A stretch of 64,000 bases of DNA from Candidatus Heimdallarchaeum aukensis (lineage in GTDB: Archaea > Asgardarchaeota > Heimdallarchaeia > Heimdallarchaeales > Heimdallarchaeaceae), in contig CP084166.1 of the NCBI GenBank assembly GCA_021513695.1, positions 1,248,001 to 1,312,000 of the forward strand. The letters are read 5' to 3'. Under the pieces are notes generated by a model, which saw only the letters and a program-made list of their open reading frames with translations, was not told where the DNA came from and ran no database searches. Shown one piece after another: positions 18,404 to 27,620 of the stretch (its first letter is position 1; each line of letters begins with the position of its first letter). Made by a program: the position numbers and the translations under genes.

Positions 18404-19900
18404 TTACTTACCTAATAATTTTTTTGCATTAGTAATATATTTTTCTGCAGTTGCTGGGCCGATACCTTTGATTTTTACTAATTCATCTATAGATGCATTA
18501 GCAAGTTTATCTACAGTTTCAAATCCTGCTTCTTTTAACAATTCAGCTTTTGACTCTCCGATTCCGGGGACATCCACAAGAGAAAACTGTGATACTTCAT
18601 TTGATTCTTCATCAATTTTCATTGGAGTTGGAATTTCTGAATCAATGGTTTGTTTAGGTTTTGATACTTTATCTAGTTGATTTTGAGTAGGCTTTTTAAT
18701 TGTAAGAATCTTTTCTTGGTGTGGTGGAGTTTCTTTAGTTAGTAACTTCTCTTTTGTTTCGTCTTTTTTCTTTTTGAGCACTTCACTTGGTCTTAGCAAT
18801 GTATGTTCTTTCTTTTCATCTTGAGCAACACCTACAGTTCTTGAGACTACAGGAATTGTTTCTCTTTTTCTTAAATACTCTGAAGGCTTAAGTAATCTTT
18901 CTGAAGGAGCATCATCTTCTCTTACGTCGATTTCAAACATTTTACGTTCTTTATCAAAAATTGTCTCTTTCTCTTTTACTACTTCACTTGGTTTCAAAAG
19001 ATTTTTATCTGGAGGAACACGTTTACTTTCTTCTCTTTTTAATGGGGGTAACACTTGAACTTTTGGAGATTTTGTAGGTCCTCTATCAAGAATCTCACTG
19101 GGTTTGGTTAATTTATCGACTTGTGGTTCAAATCTTTTTTTTGGTAGGGGTAGAACGTTTTCATGAACAACAGGTTCAACTTTTTTGTCTTTAGGTTCAG
19201 AACTAGTTTCAATTTTTCTAATATCCTTAAAACTTCCAGCAGGCTGCAACTTCCTTACGGGGGCAGTTTCTTTTTGTTCAATAGGAGTGGGAATAACTTT
19301 TGCTTCACGGATTGGAACACCAGTAGACTTTAACCTCGCTCGGACATCAGCAGCAGTTTCTCCTAAAGAGTAATCTTTTTCTTTTCTAATTACAGATGGT
19401 TCAGACTTTGATTCAACAACAGGCTCATGATAAACAACTTTAGCTTCCCTAACAGGAACACCAGGAGATGACAATAGACTTCTATAGCTTGAAGGCTTTT
19501 CAGCAAGAGAAGGTTTTACTGGTTCATCATAAACTACTTTGGCCTCTCTTATTTTATGACCAGTCCGTTTTAGAGCAACACCTGTATTTAGAGGAAGTAA
19601 TTCTTCTTCTAATTTATCCTCATTTATATCTTGAATCCCAAAATCACTTAAGAATTCTGAAAACCAAAAGGAAAATCTTCTGAAATTTAGTTGACCAGCA
19701 ATAGTTCCTTCCCAAAAATTATAACACATCTTTGCTAATTGATCCAATGAACTAAATGGACGAGTTTCTATTGCATGTTTCCCATCGAAAAAATAAACAG
19801 TCCCACTTATTGTGGGTGAAAAAGTTGTTGATTTTGGTTCTAGAGCTACACCATATCTTGTAGAACCAATCAATCTTTTAGGTCTTTGCGGAATAGACAT
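18404..19900 (-). CDS. Repetitive Lys/Glu/Pro-rich protein with C-terminal HhH domain
   Basis: Three G(V/H)(P/K)IREAKVVY repeats and four L(L/T)KPSE(V/I/Y)L repeats. C-terminus VDVPGIGESKAELLKEAGFETVDKLANASIDELVKIKGIGPATAEK is HhH2. Confidence 0.5.
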   Translation of the reverse strand: MSIPQRPKRLIGSTRYGVALEPKSTTFSPTISGTVYFFDGKHAIETRPFSSLDQLAKMCYNFWEGTIAGQLNFRRFSFWFSEFLSDFGIQDINEDKLEEELLPLNTGVALKRTGHKIREAKVVYDEPVKPSLAEKPSSYRSLLSSPGVPVREAKVVYHEPVVESKSEPSVIRKEKDYSLGETAADVRARLKSTGVPIREAKVIPTPIEQKETAPVRKLQPAGSFKDIRKIETSSEPKDKKVEPVVHENVLPLPKKRFEPQVDKLTKPSEILDRGPTKSPKVQVLPPLKREESKRVPPDKNLLKPSEVVKEKETIFDKERKMFEIDVREDDAPSERLLKPSEYLRKRETIPVVSRTVGVAQDEKKEHTLLRPSEVLKKKKDETKEKLLTKETPPHQEKILTIKKPTQNQLDKVSKPKQTIDSEIPTPMKIDEESNEVSQFSLVDVPGIGESKAELLKEAGFETVDKLANASIDELVKIKGIGPATAEKYITNAKKLLGK

Positions 19901-20035
19901 TTCTTATCACATAATTAAATTAAATCAAGTTATAAAAAATTTACCTATTGTATTAATCATTAAATTAAGTTATGCTTCAACTGAAAAAAAGTAACAATAA
20001 AAGATAAAAGATAAAGAAAAAAGAATGGAAGAATT

Positions 20036-21538
20036 TTAGGAAGTTTCAACAGGTTCTTCTTTTACCTTTGCAGTCCAAGATTCTCTTGATTCTTTATCGT
20101 AATCTTCCAAGACTCTCTCTTTCACTCTGGTAATGTCTCTCTGTATGTCTTCAGACAATTGTGTTCTTCTTCCGCTTTTACCTCTAAATGGATCAGTTAG
20201 GTAGAAGAAAAGGATGGTCTTATAGGCTGTAGAAATAGGACGTAGAACAGCTGTCATTGGTAGATAACCAAAGAAGAAAAACATTATTGAAACTGCGATA
20301 CTGAATATTGCAATATTGGTTACGCTACCTAAGATTTGATAACCTAGCCAGTAATATCCGATGAAGAATCCGCCTATAGTGAAAATACTGAATGTCATAA
20401 AAATAAATAATCCTTTAGCTATATTAACTCCTGTCTTTCCTATAATAATGTCTGCTCCAGAATCTAATGCCAGTTCAGATGATCGAGCTATACTTCGTAT
20501 AAACCCTTGTTTTTCTACTACAATGATTGTTAATGTATAGTAGTTTAAGAATTTCAAGATCTTATAGAGCCATTTTATTAGAATTACGAATATAAAGAAT
20601 ATCACTGTTAGAATCTTCTTAGTAATATTCCAAGCTTTGTAAAACTTTGAAGTTTCTTTTATCTTCTTCGCCGCAAAGTATTGAACAATAACAACTATCC
20701 AGTGGAAGAAAGCCATAAATGTACCAAAAAGAACAATACTTCCTTTAACTTTCATGATTTCACGGAAAGCTTTTCTTATACTGGCATCTTTATAATTATT
20801 CCATCGCTTGAAGATACAAATATTGATTGCATCAGTGAAATATAACATCGTCCAATAAATATTTAGGTAAACATAAATAACTAAGAAGAAGACTAAAGTT
20901 TGCACCCATGAACTCTTGTCAGTCAATATATCACTAATATTGAACGCTGTCCATACAGAAGCTGCTGAACCGAGAATAAAGAGTACAATGCTAAAGAGGG
21001 CAAAGAAAATAATTGGAACAATTGTTCTCCTATTTTCGTTAACTGCTTCACAACTTGTTTCGAATATTTTTGCTCCGAGGATAATTCTCCTTGACACGAG
21101 TAAAACAATTACAATAAGAAAAGCTGTTGGAGCTAGAATTACTAGACCAATCCACATTGGATCTATATAAATAACTGAGTATATTCCTCCGCCTAATAAG
21201 AGCAAGGGGACACCAAAAATTGTTCCAATAACTATTTCTGCACCAAGGTAACTCATAAACCAGACTTCAATATATGCTAAGATAATTCCGAACAAAAAAA
21301 GTGCTCCTATAGTTCCAAGTACCCAATATTTGGTAGCAGAATCAACTGTGTATCCTGATAGATCACTAATAGAAAGTCCTTGAAGTTTTCCAATGATCCA
21401 GTCAATAATTCCTTGATTGCTTTGATATAAGTCATATATAGCAAAAACTCCGAAAGCTAATGCACCTAAAGCAACAAGGAACCAAATGTAAAAAATTAAT
21501 CCAAAATCTCTAACTTTTTCTTTGTTTTCTTTATTCAT
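20036..21538 (-). CDS. Polytopic integral membrane protein (500 aa)
   Basis: More than ten hydrophobic segments; acidic C-terminal tail. Confidence 0.5.
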   Translation of the reverse strand: MNKENKEKVRDFGLIFYIWFLVALGALAFGVFAIYDLYQSNQGIIDWIIGKLQGLSISDLSGYTVDSATKYWVLGTIGALFLFGIILAYIEVWFMSYLGAEIVIGTIFGVPLLLLGGGIYSVIYIDPMWIGLVILAPTAFLIVIVLLVSRRIILGAKIFETSCEAVNENRRTIVPIIFFALFSIVLFILGSAASVWTAFNISDILTDKSSWVQTLVFFLVIYVYLNIYWTMLYFTDAINICIFKRWNNYKDASIRKAFREIMKVKGSIVLFGTFMAFFHWIVVIVQYFAAKKIKETSKFYKAWNITKKILTVIFFIFVILIKWLYKILKFLNYYTLTIIVVEKQGFIRSIARSSELALDSGADIIIGKTGVNIAKGLFIFMTFSIFTIGGFFIGYYWLGYQILGSVTNIAIFSIAVSIMFFFFGYLPMTAVLRPISTAYKTILFFYLTDPFRGKSGRRTQLSEDIQRDITRVKERVLEDYDKESRESWTAKVKEEPVETS

Positions 21539-21631
21539 AAGTTAAATACCAAGTTGTTATTGAAAAATGTTTTCCAAAAGGTTAATAGAATTTACTAAAA
21601 ACAATTATTCTGAAAACCTTATTAAGACATT

Positions 21632-22552
21632 TTGTTTCAGAAATACAGTCAAATGAAATATGAAATTACTCTTATCAGTCATCTTGTTCTTGATGACAAG
21701 ATATTTTACAGAGAAAATAAGGTAATAGAAGAATATAATCAACTTGGTGGCCCTGCAACTTATGGGCTTTTAGTTAAACCATTCATAAACCATGAAATAA
21801 AGTTATTAACTTCTTGTGCTAAAGATTTTCCTATTTCTGAAATAAAAACTGAAGCTAAAAACATAACTATTATACCTTCAGAAACTACAACACGATTTAA
21901 GCATGAAATTTTCAATGACCATAGAAAATTATATTTGTTAAATACTGCCAAAAAATTAGATACAAAAATTCAAACAATTGATGAGGGAAAAGCATGTCTT
22001 TGTTCTCCAGTCTTCAAGGAAATAAGTACTGATTCTGTAAAATATCTTACAAAAAATCATGAAATTACAGTTGTAGATATTCAAGGTTTCTTGAGATTTA
22101 GAGAAAAAAATAATTTGATTACTTATAAATTCTCACAAGATGAAATAATAGATATTTTGAAAATGGCAGATTTTGTAAAAATTTCCTATGATGAAGCTAC
22201 AATAATAACTCAAGAAAGAAGTTTATCTCGAATATTCACAAAACTTGGAGGAAAATCTCCTATTATTACACTAGGTAAGGAAGGAGTAGCATATAAGAAA
22301 GAAGATAGAATCTTTAGGATTCAAGCTCCTTTAGTTAAGGAAGTAGATCCTACTGGAGCAGGAGATGTATTTATTACTGCTTTCCTTGCTAAAATGATTG
22401 AAACTGAAAATATAGATTATTCAATAGCTTTTGGAATCGCTCTTTCATCTCACGCAGTAACAACAAGAGGAGCAGCCCCCTTACCAAAGGTTAATTATGA
22501 AAAGATTACTGACCAATTGTTAGATACAAAAAGTGAAATAAAGATCAATTAA
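21632..22552 (+). CDS. PfkB-family carbohydrate/nucleoside kinase
   Basis: DPTGAGDVFITAFLA (PfkB signature 2) and N-terminal GG-containing motif. Confidence 0.8.
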   Translation: MFQKYSQMKYEITLISHLVLDDKIFYRENKVIEEYNQLGGPATYGLLVKPFINHEIKLLTSCAKDFPISEIKTEAKNITIIPSETTTRFKHEIFNDHRKLYLLNTAKKLDTKIQTIDEGKACLCSPVFKEISTDSVKYLTKNHEITVVDIQGFLRFREKNNLITYKFSQDEIIDILKMADFVKISYDEATIITQERSLSRIFTKLGGKSPIITLGKEGVAYKKEDRIFRIQAPLVKEVDPTGAGDVFITAFLAKMIETENIDYSIAFGIALSSHAVTTRGAAPLPKVNYEKITDQLLDTKSEIKIN

Positions 22553-23171
22553 CCTCTATTACTTTAAGAGTGGCAATACATTGATTAATTAATTGGGAGT
22601 AATTGATTTTATCCTCCTCGTTTTTCACTTTTTCTTCATTAGCTTGAGTAACAGGATGTTTAGGTCCTAGTATATCACAAACTTCTGGTCCTGAAGAAAT
22701 CTCAAAAGTCCCAATCTGTTTGGAATAACCAATTATTGTTTCTTTATCCATTGCTATTAATGGCTTTAGAACCCTAAATTTAGTTGCTTTTTCTATAACA
22801 TTTATGTTTAACAGTGTTTGACTTGAAACCTGACCTAGACTTTCACCAGTTACAATATAGCTAGCATTTTCTCTTTTAGCTAGTTCTGAAGCAAGAACAA
22901 GTAATAGTCGTTTCATAAAGACAAAAAAATAAGAGTGAGTGCATTCATTTACGAATGTCTGCAAAGAATTAGCTATGTCCATAACATACAATTTTGACCA
23001 ATTGAACTTTTTTGCAATTTCTATACATTTTTCTATTGTCCACTCTCCTACAAAATCTACATTTGATAAATGAAGAGGGATTATCTCAAATCCTTCTTTC
23101 TCCAATAAGTAACCTGCTACTCCGCTATCAAAACCTCCGCTTAACAGCAGTACTGCTCTTTCTTTTTTCAT
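22545..23171 (-). CDS. ThiI-like PP-loop ATP pyrophosphatase (THUMP-less; tRNA s4U / thiamine sulfur-transfer family)
   Basis: LLSGGFDSGVAGYLL PP-loop; TGESLGQVSSQTL, KPLIAMDKETII, IGTFEIS all match the ThiI C-terminal domain. Confidence 0.65.
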   Translation of the reverse strand: MKKERAVLLLSGGFDSGVAGYLLEKEGFEIIPLHLSNVDFVGEWTIEKCIEIAKKFNWSKLYVMDIANSLQTFVNECTHSYFFVFMKRLLLVLASELAKRENASYIVTGESLGQVSSQTLLNINVIEKATKFRVLKPLIAMDKETIIGYSKQIGTFEISSGPEVCDILGPKHPVTQANEEKVKNEEDKINYSQLINQCIATLKVIEVN

Positions 23172-23286
23172 TCAATTTGACATTTGTTTGTCGTTTTTTT
23201 AACCTTTGGATTTTTGAAAAATTTTATTAACGTGACCTTAATGTAGAAATAGAAATACACACATTATTAATTAAAATGGTGGTAAA

Positions 23287-23724
23287 ATGGAAATAAAAAA
23301 CTTTTCTATGGATTATTACGATGAAGTTTATGAATTATGGAAAAAAACGGGGCTAACTGTTACAAAATCTGACTCTAGAGAAGGAGTTAAGATAATGCTT
23401 GAACGCAATCCTGATCTTTTCTTGATTGGAATTGAAAACGACAAATTAGTTTCTGTTGTTTATGGTGGATTTGATGGAAGAAGAGGATTCGTACATCATC
23501 TAGCTGTTGATCCAAGTTTCCAAAGAAAAGGATTAGGAAAAATGATGATGGAAGAACTAGTAAAAAGATTCAAAAGAATGAATGTTGAAAAAATACATCT
23601 TTTTATCGAAAAAAGGAATTTAGGTGTAATAGAATTTTATAAAAGATTAGGTTGGTATTTAAGAGACGATTTAGTTATGATGTCTTTTGTACCAGAAGAA
23701 GAACTAGAAAAAGAAAAAGAATAA
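23287..23724 (+). CDS. GNAT family N-acetyltransferase
   Basis: HLAVDPSFQRKGLGKMMMEE (acetyl-CoA-binding motif A). Confidence 0.8.
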   Translation: MEIKNFSMDYYDEVYELWKKTGLTVTKSDSREGVKIMLERNPDLFLIGIENDKLVSVVYGGFDGRRGFVHHLAVDPSFQRKGLGKMMMEELVKRFKRMNVEKIHLFIEKRNLGVIEFYKRLGWYLRDDLVMMSFVPEEELEKEKE

Positions 23725-25497
23725 TTATTCTTCTTTTTTCTCCTCTTGAAACAGTGGTGGTGAAAGAATAGCAGTCGATTCTATACTTAATATTCCTTTA
23801 TCCATTGCTTTTTTGACATATCCAAAATAGTCCAGTTCATAGATATATTTCATCAATATTTCTTTACGAATATTTAGTATTTTAGACAATTCTTCGACTG
23901 TTAGAGCCCTTGAGAAGTCGTTTAAGATATAAAGTATCCTGTATTTTGGATCTGTATTGAGGAATCCTTCAAGATTCTTCAAGGTTATGCTTAGAGTATC
24001 TATTTTCTTTCTTAATTTTTGAATATCCAGCTCATATTGATATTTTTCTTCACTACTTATTGTTCCTTGTTTCTCTATTTTATCTAGTGTTACTTTAGTA
24101 CTTAGCAACTCTTTTTCAGTTTCTTCAAGTTTTGAAGTTAACTCTTTAATTTTTGCTTGTTGAGCTTCTAATTCCTTCTGTATTCTTTCTTTTTCTTCAG
24201 AGAGACTATTAGCTCGTTCTTGAAGTTCTCTTGATTCCGCATCTTTTTCTGCAATCTGAAGCATAAATTCGTCAATTTGTGTTTGTACTTCATGAAGTTC
24301 TCTTTCTTTTCCGCTTATTTCTTGTTGAAGTTCAATCATTGTTTCTGCTAAGCGTTCAATATCTGAATCTTTCTCCTTTAATTGAATTTGAAGTTCTGTT
24401 ACTTGATTTTCGAGACTCTCAATCTTTGATTGTTGTTCAACAATTGTTCTATCTTTTTCTTCAATTTGTTGCTTTAACTCCTTCTCGAGTTCTCCTAATT
24501 CAGATATCTTTGAAGTTTCACTTTCTTGTTCTTTCATTTTTTCTTGTATTAATTTTAATTCATTCTTTAAGTGTGTATTTTCCTCTTTTAACTTGTTTAT
24601 TTCCTCTTTTGCATGGTCTAAATCTATTTTTAGAGCCTCGATTTGATTAGCTTTCTGAGATATGTCTATTTTCTGATTTCTAATAGTATCCTCATTTTCA
24701 GCTATTTGATTTCGAAGATTAAAAATAGTCAATCTAGCTTTTTCTAGTTGTTTTTGAAGTTCTTCAAAAAACTGATCTTCTTTTGATACACTCTCTGAAC
24801 GAATAACTCTAAGTTTACTTTCTAATTCCTCCATTTGCTTTGCATAAGAATCTCGTTCAATTTTTATTCTATTAAGTTCAGATTGTAGATTAGTTTTTTC
24901 AAGGGTTAACTTCTGGATTTCTCTATCTTTGTCTCTGATTACCTCATCTCTTTCTTTTATTAAACTTTCATCGATTTTTGGAATTGCTGCTGTTTCTGCC
25001 AATTCAGTTATTTTTCCTTCTATGTTTTGAATATATGCTTGTGCTTCTGCAAGTTCTTTCTGTAAAAGAGCATTTTCTTTATTTAACTGCTTTACTTTAT
25101 TGTTTAATTCATCTCTCTCTTTTTCCAAAGAAGGAACTCTTTCTGACTCTTTCTTGTATCTTGCAAGTTGATCCAACATTTCTTCTTTTATAAAACCACC
25201 ATTTACAAATCCTTGTTCGATTGCAGTCCTAATCTTTGTTGTTCCCTCTGTTACAATCATTAAATGCACGTCATTTAAAACTTGAGAATAGCTTGACTTG
25301 AAACTTTTTATTATAGCATCAACTTCACTTACTGTATATTGAGATTTTCCAGGAGCTAAAGATTGGCTCTTGATTTCTTCAGCTTTAGCTTTAACTTGCT
25401 CTTGAGCACTTACTCTTAAAACTCTCATCTCGTTTAAAAACTTTTGAAGTTGATCCCTTACAATTTTAAAAGGACTATCGGCCACTGCTGATGCCAT
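23725..25497 (-). CDS. Long coiled-coil protein with C-terminal winged-helix domain
   Basis: About 370 aa of heptad-rich E/K/L/Q sequence; C-terminal ILYILNDFSRALTVEELSKILNIRKEILMKYIYELDYFGYVKK resembles a wHTH. Confidence 0.5.
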   Translation of the reverse strand: MASAVADSPFKIVRDQLQKFLNEMRVLRVSAQEQVKAKAEEIKSQSLAPGKSQYTVSEVDAIIKSFKSSYSQVLNDVHLMIVTEGTTKIRTAIEQGFVNGGFIKEEMLDQLARYKKESERVPSLEKERDELNNKVKQLNKENALLQKELAEAQAYIQNIEGKITELAETAAIPKIDESLIKERDEVIRDKDREIQKLTLEKTNLQSELNRIKIERDSYAKQMEELESKLRVIRSESVSKEDQFFEELQKQLEKARLTIFNLRNQIAENEDTIRNQKIDISQKANQIEALKIDLDHAKEEINKLKEENTHLKNELKLIQEKMKEQESETSKISELGELEKELKQQIEEKDRTIVEQQSKIESLENQVTELQIQLKEKDSDIERLAETMIELQQEISGKERELHEVQTQIDEFMLQIAEKDAESRELQERANSLSEEKERIQKELEAQQAKIKELTSKLEETEKELLSTKVTLDKIEKQGTISSEEKYQYELDIQKLRKKIDTLSITLKNLEGFLNTDPKYRILYILNDFSRALTVEELSKILNIRKEILMKYIYELDYFGYVKKAMDKGILSIESTAILSPPLFQEEKKEE

Positions 25498-25565
25498 ATT
25501 TATTTCCCTTAACTTTTTTTATAGAATAAGATATATTCTACATATAAATAAGTTTCTTCTAAGAA

Positions 25566-25675
25566 TAGTACTTCCGAATTATCTCAAAAAGTATGAATTG
25601 AGAACACGCCAATGATAGTATGAACTCCTATAATTTTAACCTATAGAAATCAGTCAACTTATTGCGGAAGTACTA
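25566..25675. mobile_element. MITE-like element, copy 1 (110 bp, perfect 11-bp TIRs TAGTACTTCCG/CGGAAGTACTA, flanked by TAAGAA direct repeats)
   Basis: Matches the copy at 41225-41334 (109/110 identical; the single difference is at element position 76, 25641 c vs 41300 t); terminal inverted repeats and 6-bp flanking duplications read directly. Confidence 0.75.
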
Positions 25676-26361
25676 TAAGAAATAGAAAAAGAGAATTTGT
25701 AAATCTTATCCTCAAACTCGTCGATTTCTCTTAAAAAACCAGGCAATTTAAACAGAGGAACAATAGGTACACCATTAAAAATCTTAACAGAAACATTTTT
25801 CCAAGAAACAACGAGTGCAATTAATTTTACCTTATTTCTAATGGGTAATCCTAGTTTAGTCATCAAATCAGAATATATTTCAGGAAATACTTCAATTAGA
25901 GAATCTAATCTTTCTTTCTGCAGTAAAGCAGCTTTAGAATAGTAACTTGGTGGGCTCTTTTTGTGGTATTTACAATCAATTAAAAAAAGGAAAGGAAATT
26001 TAAAAGCTATTATATCTATTTCATTGGTACTTTTAGACTCTGTCTTTATTCTGTAACTATGTAGAGTAGAGTACCCACTTTGATCAAATGCACTAGAAAC
26101 TATCAATTCAAAATCTTTCCAATTTATATGCTTAAGTATCAAATCAGGAACCGAAGAACAAACCAGTAAATTAAAAAGAAGAGAACCGCGCTCTTTTTCA
26201 CTAAAATTAGTATTAGAGTAGAATCGCTCTAATGAGATATTACTTCTTGATAATATAATGTTAAACTTATTTTTGTCAAGTTCATAAATTAACTTATCAT
26301 CATTTGTTAATTCATTTTTTATCCGGTGTAAGATAAATTTTGATACTTTATCAATTTCCAA
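25654..26361 (-). CDS. Hypothetical protein, possible PD-(D/E)xK nuclease fold
   Basis: EIDIIAF ... FLIDCKYHKK resembles a D ... (D/E)xK motif; the last 7 codons and the stop codon lie inside the MITE copy. Confidence 0.35.
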   Translation of the reverse strand: MEIDKVSKFILHRIKNELTNDDKLIYELDKNKFNIILSRSNISLERFYSNTNFSEKERGSLLFNLLVCSSVPDLILKHINWKDFELIVSSAFDQSGYSTLHSYRIKTESKSTNEIDIIAFKFPFLFLIDCKYHKKSPPSYYSKAALLQKERLDSLIEVFPEIYSDLMTKLGLPIRNKVKLIALVVSWKNVSVKIFNGVPIVPLFKLPGFLREIDEFEDKIYKFSFSISYSTSAIS

Positions 26362-26378
26362 AAATTACACCATTTAGA

Positions 26379-27146
26379 TTAAGCTGAACCTTTTGCAACT
26401 TTTATTCTATGAATAATTATCTCTCTTGTTAGTTGTTCTATCGGTTGTGCTACTTTTTGAACATTAGGTGGTCTTTCTCCTTTTTTCAATCTTCCATATT
26501 CATCAAGTTTTTCTTTTACGTTTGGACTTCGAAGAAGTGACATTAGCTCATTTCTAGCATTTAAACAAGAGATTTCCATTACTCGCATATATGCTTCTCC
26601 TTTATTTTGAGCCAAACCTTTTTCTACCACTAAATCGAGAAAATCATCTGTAGGTCTTCTTTTTTCTGCAGGAAGATCTATTTTGTTTAGTACAATCAAG
26701 AAAGGTAAAGAATTTCCGAGTTCATCCCCTTTAAGTTCAATTAGCTCATCAAGGCTTTCAACATTATCTTGCCACATTTCTTTAGATGGATCAAACATAA
26801 AAATTAGTCCATCTGCTCCTTCAAGGACTACCTTTCTTTGTATATGATGTCTTTTCTGTCCTGCAACTGTCCAAACTTGATATCTTAATTTAGGGACGCT
26901 TACTCCTTGACCTTTAGGCAATTCAAAAGTACTCTGGTCATAAAATATTGTTCTTCCAGAAGGGTCATCAATTTTCTTTAGTGATGAATAGATTGTTTCT
27001 GGATCTTCTACTTTTCTTAACACATTATATACTGTTAACATACTAGTTTTTCCTGCTAAAGAAGGTCCAAAAATAACGATTTTAAGGTAAGGAACACCCG
27101 AAGCATCCACTTTGAAGATATCGCTAATTGATAATTTACTTGACAT
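26379..27146 (-). CDS. MglA-like Ras-superfamily small GTPase
   Basis: KIVIFGPSLAGKTSML, GRTIFYD (switch I Thr), RYQVWTVAGQKRH (switch II), NKIDLP; close to bacterial MglA (KIVYYGPGLCGKTT ... LYTVPGQ ... NKRDL). Confidence 0.75.
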   Translation of the reverse strand: MSSKLSISDIFKVDASGVPYLKIVIFGPSLAGKTSMLTVYNVLRKVEDPETIYSSLKKIDDPSGRTIFYDQSTFELPKGQGVSVPKLRYQVWTVAGQKRHHIQRKVVLEGADGLIFMFDPSKEMWQDNVESLDELIELKGDELGNSLPFLIVLNKIDLPAEKRRPTDDFLDLVVEKGLAQNKGEAYMRVMEISCLNARNELMSLLRSPNVKEKLDEYGRLKKGERPPNVQKVAQPIEQLTREIIIHRIKVAKGSA

Positions 27147-27620
27147 ACTAACCTTTCCGTTAACTGTTCTTTTCTTTTAATTCGTTATTAGAGTTATAAA
27201 AATTTTGTTGGTTAGTTTTCTATAAATTTTTCTTTCTTATTAAGTTATCGGCTGTTTTAGCCAAAATTAAAATGAAATTTAAAAATCCTCATAGCAAAAG
27301 GAATAGACATATATTTTTAATGAGATGAAATATTAAGTAACTAACAAAAGCCTATATTTTTTAAATGAATTTTAAATAATGATTATTCCAAAAAATTCTT
27401 ATTCTTTTCTCGTTATGAGAACAAGTAATACAGTCAAGAGCAATTTCTAGTGTGATAGACTTACGAAATGATGACCATGAAAAATTTATATACCAAAATG
27501 TAAATATGTACGAAATATAGATATAGTTCAAAACGAAAAAGATAAAACCCATTATGCTGTATCTAGATAGAATAAATAAAGAGCAATAAAATTGTTGATG
27601 AATATAGTTAAGGTGAATTA
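27147..27620. promoter_or_regulatory. AT-rich divergent intergenic region between a MglA-like gene (-) and a GTPase-roadblock operon (+); likely holds both promoters
   Basis: 474-bp non-coding gap with multiple TATA-like tracts; the 88-aa ORF inside has non-coding composition. Confidence 0.3.

Noticed and set aside
24279-25193. Plus-strand ORFs inside the coiled-coil gene
   Set aside because: Antisense artifacts of the Glu/Lys/Leu-rich minus-strand frame.
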